Shown: positions 39,801 to 51,892 of the stretch, in pieces | How the letters are laid out: each line of letters opens with the position of its first letter | Numbering within the stretch: position 1 is the first letter of the stretch | Assembly: GCA_035084275.1 (NCBI GenBank) | Contig: CM068750.1 | Span: 8,866,001 to 8,930,000, forward strand | Reading direction: 5' to 3' | Source of the DNA: Hydrolagus colliei | Lineage: Eukaryota | DNA length: 64,000 bases | The notes under the pieces: generated by a model | What the model saw: only the letters and a program-made list of their open reading frames with translations | Told to the model about the DNA's origin: nothing | The model's database searches: none | Position numbers and translations under genes: made by a program

Positions 39801-41994
39801 TACAGAACAAAACAGCTTCTGGAATATGTATTTTGACATTTACTGGATAAAGCTGTGATCAAACAGTAAACAAATTCTGATGAACAAAACCAAACTTCCC
39901 CAGGGAAACCGTACACTAAAATCGAATCATTCATCCAGCTGATCCAGGAATTAATAAGATGTGAAAGAGGAATATAGGTGTGAGGCTCAGTAAATCTTCC
40001 GTTCATTAGCCCATCTCTTCTGGAGGGAGGTATTAGTAATATAGTCCAGCTGGTGGTTACCTGTCCGTGATTTGATCAAAGTTCGTGATCAAAATTTCCT
40101 TTGATCCTCCCTCCTACTTTCCTGTTAGAAAAGCTACCCTTGTAAAAGGGTACTTGTATAATCCATTGTACTGTATGGGCTGCATATGTTCAGTAAATCT
40201 ATTTTTCTTGGAAAGATCCTTGCTGAAAAAATTGTAGCAATCAATCTGATGATTTCTGCTAGTTTGCAAAAGGACAATTGTTCAAGCTAGATTTGTTGAG
40301 TTATAAAATTCAATCTACTGTTTGGTACACAACCATTTTCAGGTACTGTACAGTGAAGACAGAGTGGATGCCTTTTGCGAAGTGAAAAACCGGACAGCGG
40401 GTGGGAATCTGGCTTGAGTTCTGATCTTTAAAACTGTTCACTGTAAACCTTTAAACCTAACACCACCACAAAATACATAACTAGACAGGGAGAACTCAAA
40501 TTTTGTTTTGCCTTTTTGAAAGGTTGACCACTTATATCTTGCCCACAAAATATACAGTAAATATATACTTTATAGTATATTTTGTGAAGCACTGTGAGAC
40601 CTCTCAATTAAGTAATAAGGCTTTATATCAAAGGCAAGGATTATTTTTATTATTATATTCTTGGCTCACTCCCAGTTTAATAGTGGGGCATCTACCATTA
40701 AGCTGGGTGATGATACAGTAACAGTATGGATTGTGAAGCATTGTAATTATACACAACACATTTAAACAGCGTCTTTCACTGTTCAGGAGGACATCTCAAA
40801 GTGCTTCACACAGCTTACTGAGCACCCAAGCTGTGTGAGGAAGTAAAGATAATCAAAAGCACACTCTAGTAGGTAGATAAGATGGGCTGTAGAAGTGAGA
40901 ATTTATTCATTTATCCTTTTTCTCCAACAGGTATACATGAAATATGCTTGGAAGTTATTCTCCAAGGATTTCAGCTTTTCTCTTCCCAATGGTACTGTGT
41001 GTTGCAGTAAAGTAGGTCATCTCTAAGCAGCACTAGCCAGGCCCTGAAGCACTTTGAACTTAACAGCTGCAGACCTCAGGATAAATGGGTCTCTATTAGG
41101 TTTTATAAACCAAATGAACTTCAGACGCATTTTTATTTACCAAAAAAATGTACAGTACTTTAAAATCAACTTTTCCTTCTTAATCATACATCAGAATCAT
41201 CAGTCAGCACTGGGGAGGTTTCCAACAGCAACACTCAATCTTTACCAGACTAATTAAATTTACTGAACAGAAATATAGCTTAGAATGCTGAATAATACAA
41301 CCACCTTATTATAAGAGTCATCTTTCTAAATAAAAGGTAAAGTTTTGAGACTGTCCTGTTTTGCATATGTGATAGACTCATACCTCTGGACTTGATAGAA
41401 TCTGACTTCTCCAACAGGTTAATTAGGCAAATAGCAAGATTAGTATCTGCAAGTCAGTTCTCGCTGCATTGACTGTACCATGGTCTGTGCTCTTCTGCAT
41501 TTGCTGAATAGAAATGGTTTGAAAGTGTCTGCATTTGGGTTAATAAACATCGTACTAACATAATGCTGTACTTTTTGATTTTGCTTGCATTCAGATGATT
41601 CAATGGGTCAACCTTTTTCTTCACATCCACTCCTGAGTTAGAAATGGTCCAGATACAGATCCCAGCTGCAGGTCGGAAACAAGGTCCAACCTCAGGTCGA
41701 TAGTACATTTCACAGGTAAGATATTGGTCTCCAGCAATTCAGAATAATAACATTGACTGGATAGGAGTTAGACAAATAACTTTGGTGGTATCAGTACCTA
41801 CCTACAGGTTGAAATGTCCTTCGCATTCCTGTTGGCACCAATGGCCTACCATAAAAATAACAAGAGTAACTCTTATGTCAGTGAATGAGTTGGAAGTTTT
41901 TCTGACCATTTTTTCATATCATTGCAATCAAATGATGTAGTCTTTATAATAGTAGAGTATTTTGTTGTGCTGGCTATTAGGATAATAATTCAGT

Positions 41995-42190
41995 AATAAT
42001 AATCCTTGGATTTGATATCGCGCTTTTCACATCTTATATACTTTAAAGTGAATTGACTGTATATTTGTGGGTGAAATGCACCAGCCAATTGCACACATCA
42101 GCGTCTCCACAAACAGGTGTGGATTGAAGTGACCAATTTTATTATTGTGTTTTTTTTGGATAGATTATTATTAGGCATGTGGAGTAAGGA
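41995..42190 (-). mobile_element. 5'-truncated tRNA-SINE
   Basis: Aligns with 44747-44960. Confidence 0.85.
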
Positions 42191-42916
42191 TCTATCCTGT
42201 TTACAATTTTAGAAAAAACAGCCTTGCAAGTTCACTGAGAGTTGGCTTATCATGGTTGTGTGATATAGCCCAGACATTCTTTTGGATTGTTAGTACCTCA
42301 TTTGTGTCATGTGTTACGCAAATCGCTTTGATGTGAGATTTAAATTAATGGAGGATAGTCTTTGACCTTGGGAGACGGATAAATGTCCTTTAGACAACTG
42401 CTGGGTTTGTTTTCTTGATGGGTCTGAATTCCGATGCCTTGTTTACGATATATACTGTCTATGTCTATACTGGTGTCTATACTCTACAGTATGAAACAGC
42501 TGGTTTCAAAGTTGCTTTTCAAGCACAAACTTCCCTGCTGATAGCTCAGCATTTACTTAACCCATGTTTACAGGACAACTTAGCGGACCAGAAATGTCTC
42601 TGGATTGCAGATTTATCTCAGGCAAAACAGGAGAAACGCTTCCCCCATTTTATTGAAATAGAAATTTTAGGTTTTGATCTCAAAAGTAACCACATTAATT
42701 AATTGAATGCAGACAAGCTACAGTATGCACAGACAGCAGGCAAAAGGCCAGATTGAATTTCATCCACAAAAGGGGATTTGAACAACAAAATGTACAAGTT
42801 TAATCTTGTTGTTGAAAGATATTCCTTACTTTAAGTAATCACCATTTTTTTGTTGTAATGAAAGCTATGTTAATGTTTTATTAATGTTCTAATTTGTATT
42901 AGCAATTTAGTTTCAA

Positions 42917-43164
42917 TCAAGTAAACTTAGTGGTCAAATTGGTTTGCTTAGATCCACACCCATTCCCATAGTTTTGCTTTAAATACTCTTCCCTGGTGAT
43001 TGGGTTTGAAGGACTGAGGTTTGAAGGACTGAGGTTAAGATTTAATGTTTTTTCAATATTTTCTTTAGTGTCTGTTTCCATCACAACCTGTTTAAACCTT
43101 TCTGACGTATACTCATATATTGTTTTCAAGAGAGACCCTTGTAAATGGATTTTATTTGCTATTT
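42917..43164 (-). CDS. Candidate exon/ORF (E)IANKIHLQGSLLKTIYEYTSERFKQVVMETDTKENIEKTLNLNLSPSNLSPSNPITREEYLKQNYGNGCGSKQTNLTTKFT*
   Basis: Acceptor CTGCTGCTCTCTCAG (phase 1); about 82 open codons in AT-rich DNA; in-frame 15-bp tandem duplication. Confidence 0.3.
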
Positions 43165-44221
43165 CTGAGAGAGCAGCAGTTTACAGTTAATATCTCCAGA
43201 AGGGGAACAGACATCAGTATAGACATGATGGACCAAGTGACCTCAATTCCATGCAGTAAAGTTTCTATGACTCTTTGCATTGCAAATTCCACTATTCCGT
43301 GCCGACCAGCTTGTTTACTTGCGGCAGATTCCAGGTCTAGTCACGACCCAGTTTCTACTTCACAACTGAGTTTGCTTTAATGTTATGGGTGCACTTGATT
43401 TTAGGTGAACACTACATTGGAATTACTATGATTTGTACAGATGAGATAGATAATGAGGCTAAGAAATACTCATCACCATTTTCAGATGGAGCTGATATCA
43501 TTTCAGCTGCATGTGGGTGAATGTTTTTTACCTTGATACATGGCATGCATCAGAGTTCCTGAGAGTCGGGGACTAAGAATTCCTCTATGAGAGCTCATCC
43601 TAATGAGAACAGTCATCCAGAGATGATGTGTGGGTGTCCACGTGATAATGCGTTATCTGAAATTTTGAAATCACTCTTAACAAATGCCAACAAGTGCCAA
43701 AAGCAAAAATAAGAGTGTTTTTTAAAAAATATTATGAAACATTACAAAATCTGCCTGATAAACCATTTACAACACTGAGGATATTATCTTGTGGCTTATT
43801 TTAGAAGCGAAAATTAATGTTCTGCTGCCATAATGTGCATCAAGTAAGATTGAACTTCAATTTTGACATTTCAATTTTGAAGTTCAATCTGTGTGATTTA
43901 TGAATTGATCTATTCCAATGTCATATAAATCCTTAAATTTATTGTCTGCCAACAGATAGCCTCAGTGGGGGTACTGTTTTTGAAGTTTCAATTTCTCTTA
44001 TTTTGTGGCTGGGTTACATAAGTGTCTGTTGTTGTTGAACTCACAGATGTTGATGAGTCAAGTAAGCTATTTCAACACTTGTTTTATGCTATTTATGCTA
44101 GGCTATTATGCAAGACTATTTGAGGTTTCAACATCTCCATTGACAGTGATTAAAATTCACCAGTTACGCTTCTGTTGTCTTTCATCATTACTCACTCAGG
44201 CTACTCATCAATGTGTCTCAT

Positions 44222-44380
44222 CCACCTGAGATTGATAAATTTCTTGTGGATAAAGGGATTAAGGGATATGGGGATAAGGTGGGAAGATGGAGTTAGACTA
44301 GAAGATCAGCCATGATCTTATTGAATGGCAGGGCGGGCTCGAGGGGCTGAATGGCCTACTCCTTCTCCTAATTCTTATGT
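44222..44380 (+). mobile_element. CR1-clade LINE 3' end (shark type)
   Basis: GATCAGCCATGATCTTATTGAATGG...GCTCGAGGGGCTGAATGGCCTACTCC...AATTCTTATG; second copy at 47976. Confidence 0.8.
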
Positions 44381-44746
44381 AAACTCATTTTAGAAATGGG
44401 CTTACTTTCCCAATGCCATTTAAATGACATTGACCAGCTTTCAGTGCATGGGCATCCAGTACACTTCAAATACCGGAATGATGAATGATGAATGAAGTCC
44501 ATAAATGCTTTTTTCCCTTAAGATACTGAAATCCTTAGCACATTTTACTGGACAGCATATTTCTCCCCAGTGAAGAGGTTTCTCCAAGAATAGTTACATG
44601 ACTGGAAATCGTCTCTTTTTTCTATAGATGTTTAACAACTTTTTAACTAACAGATTCAGTCTCATCATTCAACATTGATGTCATCAAGGATGTTTAAACT
44701 TTGTGTAATCTAAACATTTGCATCAAGACTGATATATAATTAAAGT

Positions 44747-45060
44747 ATAATAATAATCCATGCATTTGATATAGCGCTTTTCACATATTCTAGACATCTC
44801 AAAGCACTTCATAGAATATACTGTAATGTGAATTGACTGTATTTGTGGGCGAAACGCGGCAGCCAATTGCACACAGCAGTGTCCCACAAACAGTCGTGGA
44901 TTGAAATGATCAATTTATTATAGTTTTTTTGATGGATTATTATTAGGCATGTGGAGTAAGGAAACTTGCCCAAGGTTTCGCCCTGACCTGCTTGGATTCA
45001 AAACACAGGTCTCACGCTTGTAAGGCGAGTGCTCTAACCACTGAGCTACAGGCTTCCACA
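44747..45060 (-). mobile_element. Full-length tRNA-SINE
   Basis: Antisense head and tail both intact; same family as 2154 and 51548. Confidence 0.9.
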
Positions 45061-46779
45061 ATTATTATTATTATTATTACCCTGAGGAATCAGAAGATTC
45101 CAACCATCAAAGTAAAAATTTGATACAATTGTTTAAGTATTCTTCTGTAAAAATTTTTAGTAGAACTGCGGCTTTTGATCAATGGTTGCATAACATTGTC
45201 TGCAGAATTGCACAAGGGACACACTTCTGGAGAATTGAGTAACAAATAAAATATAATGGGTAGATTGTTTTCTCAGCCAAGCCCCAGAGCTGTGTGCATG
45301 TGCATATGCACTTAATATCCTTTGGGGTTTGTTTGAAAAGATAATGTTGGGAATATAACCAGCCCTAAAAACCCAAGAAGCAGATTAACGCACTGGCATA
45401 ATGTTTATTTTGAGATTGCATTGCTCATCAAAATGCTCTGTGATTTTTTGCTTATGGAATTTCACAATCCTGGGTTCACCATAAAAGGAGAAATATTGCA
45501 ATATCAAAAGCAAGAAAACAGAACAAATGACAGAGTGTAAAGGCATAAGGAAAATATGCAAGAGATTTCCATCAGCCGTCTTTTCCTTCCTTCATCATAC
45601 CAGAGCGTGGTGGGAAAATAAGGATGGCTAATGGTCCCAGAGCAGTCAGAGTTCACCTCTGGTAAATCTATCTCTCACGTGCCCACACATATAGCCACAG
45701 AGCTGGTATAAAAATAAAAAATGAGTAGGTGGAAGGAACTGTGGTTTACAAATAAATTGCAGAATCTGTTCCACTCACGTCTTTCAAGCAGGACTTTGCT
45801 TTGAAGATTTCCTACTTAGGTGACTTGCACAATAGATTCTCAGTCCTATTGAAAATCAAATAACAGCTATTTTAGGGATTCAAGACTCAAGCATCCCAAA
45901 TATCTGGAGTGGTAATAAAAAAAAATACCTAATAGCACGGAATGAGCCTCCACAGAACTTACTGAAAGCGAAGCCTGCCGTGTGTTGAACTCTTAAAATA
46001 CCTGGAGCTTCTTAGTGTGGAACAACCAAACGGTCATTGAGTTCAAAACCAATGGGACTTAACGTCGCAAATGCTCTTTGTACTCTGGTACCATTTTATC
46101 TCTGGAACTTAAAAACTGGAATTGTCAAATACTCATTATTAAAAGAAAATACTTTTAAAAGAGGGGATGAACAAAATGAATATCATTTGAAATGGAGGGT
46201 TTTTGCCTGCAGTCAAAGATTGTAGTGAGCTAGATATTGTAACCCAATTTGAAAGTTTTATATATAATCGGCTTGGCATTTGATAAGGGGACCTAGCTCA
46301 ATCGTAGGATGGTGGGATGAGGGTGATCCCTGACTAGTATTAAAAAAGCCCAGCCTTTAGAAGGGGACTCAGTACAGTAGTTGGTTCACATAATGCTGCA
46401 TTCTCTAAATAAAGAATATGAAATTGTTTGAAGGCTTTCCGACTGTATCTGTTGGACATAATGGTAAGAATTATGATATCATTAAGTTCCATTCATTCAA
46501 ATGAATCAATATCAGTCCAACTATGTCTGTTTTGTCACGACAATTCTTTTTTCAAAAAATGCAAGCTGAGTTAAAGTAAAAGTGTTTAATTTCCACTTTT
46601 CTTTCTTAAGCTTACTCTACAATTCCAATGTTAATTCCTTCATATTCTTAGTATTCACTGAAGAAAGAATACCATGGCCTTTGAAAATATCTGTCATGAT
46701 TCATTTCCACTTACTTCAATGAGAGCTTTATACATATGTATAAATATGTATTCTAAGCTGTTTATTTGTCTTACTGGTC

Positions 46780-47180
46780 AGAAATGTGTGAATTGAAGCC
46801 CAACGTCAGGACTTTGAACTCATCTAGGCTGATACTCCAATGCAGTGTTAAAGCAAGTACCTCATTGTCGCAGATGCGGTGATTCAGATGATACATTGAA
46901 CTGAAGTTCCATCACATTGCCTGTCACATTGTTGAAACTTCTCAAAGTGCTTCATGGAACGGTGTGGCTGTTTATTTTGTAGGCAAAAACGGTGACCAAT
47001 TTCCCTACAAAAATGAAGTGTATGATTAATGTTATCAGTGAATTGTTGGCCAGGTCATCCAGACCAGATCTCTTCAAATAGTGCCATGGGTTATTTAGCA
47101 TCTATGTGAATAATGAGGCAAGACCTTGGTTTAACTTCGAAGAGCGACACCTCAGACAGCGCAGCAATTCCCAGCATGTT
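46780..47180. mobile_element. Adjacent Deu-SINE fragments in opposite orientation
   Basis: Plus CTTTGAACTCATCTAGGCTGATACTCCAATGCAG, then antisense core CTCTTCAAATAGTGCCATGGG...GACACCTCAGACAGCGCAGCA. Confidence 0.6.
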
Positions 47181-47975
47181 TCTATCATATTTACACTGTT
47201 TTATTATATGTTTAGTTTCTATGAGTGAAAGGCACTATTCAAGTATAATTTTGTTGTTGTTGTATGAGGGGACAAAAAAGTGGGATGCCTCCTATATTTC
47301 TGCTTTAGGTGTAATTGAGTTCCTATACAACTGAAGTAGATAGGCAAATAAGATGTCAAAAGTGACGGGAAAAAAAGTATCAATCATCCCGCTTGATGTT
47401 AGCATCTCAGTTCCATGCTGACCTTCTGGATGTGAAGATAAGTAGCCAGACACAATCTCTATGGACTCTCTCAGTGCTGCTTCTTGGCCACACTTTCGCA
47501 ATGCATTTTTAAGTGATGTAGTAAGAGGGACCACTCCCTAGCCAGTTTCTCCTCCTTCCCACTGACCAAGACTGCCAAGCTTCACCCAAGGGGAATGATT
47601 GAGTGCAAATGTCAGTCATAGACTGGGAATTGTGCTTGGTTCTCCAAGTCCAAGTCCAAAAAGTCCAGTCTTTCTGCTACTGAACCACCCACATGATATG
47701 ATGTAATTGACCGAGTTCAGAAGCAGTACTGCAGACCTCGGCAGCAGTTTAACTACCATTAGGTTGAATCAGCAAAGCAATGTCTGCATTGTTGGGTACA
47801 GATCACACATGAGGACTCTTGTTCTGAAATGCAGAGGAATCCTAAGAGTATCTGTGGTTCAATCCTAAGGCTCCCAGGAATCTTCATGATGACACTTTCT
47901 TTGTCAGAGTAATGATAAATGGCTCCCAGTTCGAACTGCAAATGTAATGAACTCTACTGGAAATAGTGTACAAAC

Positions 47976-48165
47976 ATTCTTATGGATAATTCTTATGGAT
48001 AAAGGGATTAAGGGATATAGGGATAAGGCGGGTAGTGGAGTTAGATTAGAATATCAGCCATGATTTTATTGAATGGTGGGGCAGGCTCGGTGGGGGGGGG
48101 GGGGGGGGGGGGGATTGAGGGGGGGGGGGGGGTGAATGGCCTATTCCTGCTCCTAATTCTTATAT
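47976..48165 (+). mobile_element. CR1 3' end with internal poly-G expansion
   Basis: Matches 44240-44380 except that the short G run is replaced by G-runs across about 48092-48132. Confidence 0.8.
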
Positions 48166-49062
48166 AAACACATTTTAGAAAAGTTGTTTGTTTAAAAAAA
48201 TATTCTGTTTGTTCTTGTTCTTCATTTTGATTGTTTGATTATCTTGTACTATGCATTGTGTGTGGAGTGAGAGTTTCAGAACAGAAGAAAGCTCAAAGCA
48301 AAACTTGGTAATCGGGTCCTTCCATAGATGCATAGAACCTATCCTTTAAAGTACCGGTACTTCATCTCATCCACTTTATCTCCTCGGGGGAAATTCTGCC
48401 ACTTATTACATTCCCTAAAGGATTTCAAGAAAAAACTCCAGAATATCCATTCTTCTGCCCCCTACTGCAGTGTTTAATCCTGAATTTCTTCCTCCATGAA
48501 TAACGTGGGGGAAAAAGAACCTGGGTCCATGAGTTCCCAAATCATAGTGTGCATAGAATCATTACCCATTTCACACTATACCTATCCTTACATTTTCTTT
48601 TTCCTGGATAAACATATTCTTATCTATATCTTTTTCAAAGGAATTAATTTACACATTAATCATGTTCCGCACACTCCACTTCTCTGTTGAAAAGGGAAAA
48701 CAATCTTATCCTCTCCTTTCTGTTTAAATTTTAAAGCCATGGCCACTGTTCATACACAGTAGTTTCAGATGTTGTGAAATAGAATAACTTTGCATTTAGT
48801 TTTGGACACTGGAAGTAAATAAGCAGGATTACTTAAGTAAATACAGTAACACTAAGGTTTTCTGACTACAGCAATTTGATATGTTGTATGATTTTTATCG
48901 GGACAGCACTCTTTTTATGACTTGCTTCATATGTCAGCAGCACACTCTAGTGGTCATTGTTACTTTTTTTCCCTCATCTTGAAAACTCAAAACAAAATGG
49001 TGAAGTGCATCTGTACCATTGCCAAGGCATTACAATTATTGTCAATGTCAACCACACATGTG

Positions 49063-49360
49063 TTAGCCTGGCTCAGTTGGTAGGATCTCTCAATCACAAC
49101 GCTGGGGGTTCAAGCCCTACATCAGGACTTTAAGCTCATTGTCAATGCTGATAAAATGCCGGAGGGAACACTACATTATCAAATGTGTGAGACGTTAAAC
49201 CTGTCTTTCCTCTCAGGCGGACGTTAAAGATCCCGTAGGGCGAAATGAAAAGAGAAAAGAGTTTCCACCAATGCCATAGCCAACAATCCGCAGGATAAAA
49301 AAGAAAACACTTTAGGGATATTTGTGGCAGGATCTGGAGCAATCCGCGAGGCTGTCTGAC
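49063..49360 (+). mobile_element. Deu-domain SINE retaining CpGs
   Basis: TGGCTCAGTTGG, GGTTCAAGCCC, core CAGGCGGACGTTAAAGATCCCGT. Confidence 0.7.
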
Positions 49361-49419
49361 TGACTGATCTACACACAGACACAGAGAGAGAGAGAGAGAA
49401 AAATCAACGGAGAAGGTTG

Positions 49420-49555
49420 TGTGTTGGGTGACACGGAGGTGGGGGGGAATGTGGAGAAGATGGTGGGTGACAAGGAGGGGGTGGGGAATGTGGAGAAGGT
49501 GGTGTGGTGGGTGACACGGAGGGGGGATGGATGTGGAGAATGTGGTGTGGCGACA
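49420..49555. repeat. G-rich minisatellite (about 37-bp unit, 3 copies)
   Basis: GGTGACAxGGAGGxGGxGGGGAATGTGGAGAA repeated. Confidence 0.85.
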
Positions 49556-49574
49556 ATAAATTCATGTTATTTAC

Positions 49575-49616
49575 CTTAAAGAGAGAAGCGACATCGTCGC
49601 TGGTTGATTGCGACAT
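49575..49616 (-). CDS. Candidate first coding exon part MSQSTSDDVASLFK
   Basis: ATG with G at -3 inside the CpG island, 14 codons, then a phase-0 donor AAG|GTAAAT. Confidence 0.3.
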
Positions 49617-49834
49617 CGCAAATGGGTCCTAGCGCTATACGCTAACGCAAAGCAACATCGTGGCTGGTTGATGCAACTGGGTCCTAGCGCCAAATGCTAG
49701 TGTTAGTGTTTAAACCCGTGGGTACGCAAGAGTTAAGCAATAACCATTGCCGTGGTTAGCAAGGGTTGTCGCAGCGAGCGGGTAAGTGAAATTAGCAGTA
49801 GAAAAACCCGCAGTTGGGGCGGAGTACCTTTATA

Positions 49835-50040
49835 TATTTTTCTTGGTCAACAACCCTTCAGATAACAAAAATGTTTATTCACCTTGCTTCACTCTGGTTT
49901 ATTGAAATTGCTGTGTGCAAATTGGCTTTCGTACTCACCTACAAACAGTGAGTAAGTACTCACACGTTAAAAGAAACTCTGTGAAACACTATGAGATGTT
50001 TCAACATAAGGTACTACATCAAATGTAAGGATTATTATGA
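49835..50040 (+). mobile_element. SINE 3' half
   Basis: TTGCTGTGTGCAAATTGGCT...CTGTGAAACACTATGAGATG...AAATGTAAGGATTATTA. Confidence 0.7.
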
Positions 50041-51547
50041 AAAAGGTGTTTATAATGCAATAGGTTTGATTATATTTGCCTGAGCACACTGCAATGTTTG
50101 GCAACCAGAGAGTAAAAACGTTTGCCAAATATGTCTCCATAAAGACCTCATATATTTCATGCTGAATAACGATCGCTTTTTCGACTCGGAACAGTCTGAT
50201 TTGATTTTGTTGAAATAGCCAAGTAGGAAAAGACAGCACATGGTGTGGCAACTAGATCAGAAGTTTTGAGGTTTAATTGTCAGTCTGTGTTGAATTAGGT
50301 AACCTCAGCTAGAACAGCTGTAGAAGTACAGTCTTCTCGTTGCCCATAGCATCTGTGTACATGGTGTGGCTTCTCACTCCTCATCACTATCCTTGACCAA
50401 CTCATCAAAAGTGTTACTCTACGTAGAATTGCATGGAATGATACAGCACGAGACAAGCTATTCAGCCTAACTAGTCCGTGCAGTATATTCTGTGAAGTGC
50501 TATGAGACATCTAGAAGACGTGAAAAGCGCTATATCAAATGCAAGGATTATTATTATTATTATTATTACAAGGGTCACTGACGCTGGTCTGAAAGCCTTA
50601 TCCAGTGACAGCATCTTAATTCTCACTATCTCAATGATACGATTTCTGAAACTGAACGGGAATTTCATGAAGAGATGCTTATTATTATGTGCCCCACTGT
50701 GTGGTGTGGGTAATCTTGGACTAAACATATCAGACATCGCATTCCAAACCTCCCATAAGTTCATGTCAATCCAATGGCCGCAACTGTGTTGCAAGGATAG
50801 TGCAAGAGAATTCTGTTATAATACTCTTTAATACAGTGTTGTCTCACTTGTAGTGCTTGTCGATTGTGGACTATTGTGCTGACCTGAAGAATGGTACACC
50901 CAGCCTCCGGTGATGACAAGCTAGATTCTCCCTAAACATTAGGTTGACTTCCAACTCTCTGTGCTGCTGATGGCATTTCAAAGTGATGTTGGTGACATTT
51001 GCTCCACACAGTGCACATGCGTGCCTGTCTTTTAATGTGGCTGCTGAGACATTGGACCCAATCAAACTGCACTATAACAAAGTTTCTCTATATCTACTTG
51101 ATGATAGAATTTCTCCCTTATTCACAATGGATCCACTGATAATGTGGCTTCACCATCCATGTTGTACATTAACTGGAATATCCCAGAACTGAAACCCAAA
51201 CATACCAAATCCACTTTATACATACCTGGGCCTGCTTTTAATTTCATAAATATACTCCTCACCTGTTTTAAGTCAAGCATCAGCGATAGCTTGGAAAGTG
51301 TTTAAAATAATAACTAAAATCTCACTGTGATTTATTTACCGATTTGTAGCATCAACCAAGAAGGCTTAAGACATAAGATGCACTTGCAATCAAATTGAGC
51401 CATCAATTTTCTAACGTGCGGGAAACACTGATAGCATCTAAAGTTTCCCTGCACAATCCTGAACCTGCGCTTTCTTGTTGTGGTGCCTTGGTATACATGG
51501 AATATTTTCCATTTGCTTTATCTATCTCATTAACCATCTTGTATACT

Positions 51548-51892
51548 TGTGGAGTCCTGTAGCTCAGTGGTTAGAGCACTCATCTTACAAGTGTGAGACC
51601 TGTGTTTCGAATCCAGACAGGTCAGGCCGAAACCTTGTGCAAGTTTCCGTACTGCACACACCTAATAATAATCCGTCCCCAAAAAAAAACTATAATAAAT
51701 TGGTCATTTTAATCCACAACTGTTTATGTGACACTGCTATGTGCAATTGGCTGCCATGTTTCGCCCACAAATATACAGTAGACAATTCACTTTACAGTAT
51801 ATTCTATGAAGTGCTTTGAGACACCTAGAAAATGTGAAAATATCAATATATCAATCACTATATCAAAATGCAAGAATTATTATTATTTATTA
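51548..51892 (+). mobile_element. Full-length tRNA-SINE
   Basis: TGTGGAGTCCTGTAGCTCAGTGGTTAGAGC head through (TTA)n tail. Confidence 0.9.

Larger units (their letters stand above)
49090..49840. promoter_or_regulatory. CpG-island-like promoter, possibly bidirectional
   Basis: Densest CpG cluster outside the young MITE; Sp1-type GGGGCGGAGT at 49816-49825; minus-strand TATATAAAG at about 49828-49836; plus donor CGG|GTAAGT after 49781; minus donor AAG|GTAAAT after 49575. Confidence 0.55.

Noticed and set aside
49290-49835. Insertion splitting a single SINE, or a Helitron end at 49798-49822
   Set aside because: The left SINE continues to about 49360 and the right fragment overlaps it in consensus, so these are two copies; the hairpin is followed by CTAC, not CTRR.
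50471-50831. ORFs with poly-Ile runs
   Set aside because: Derived from the SINE (TTA)n tail.
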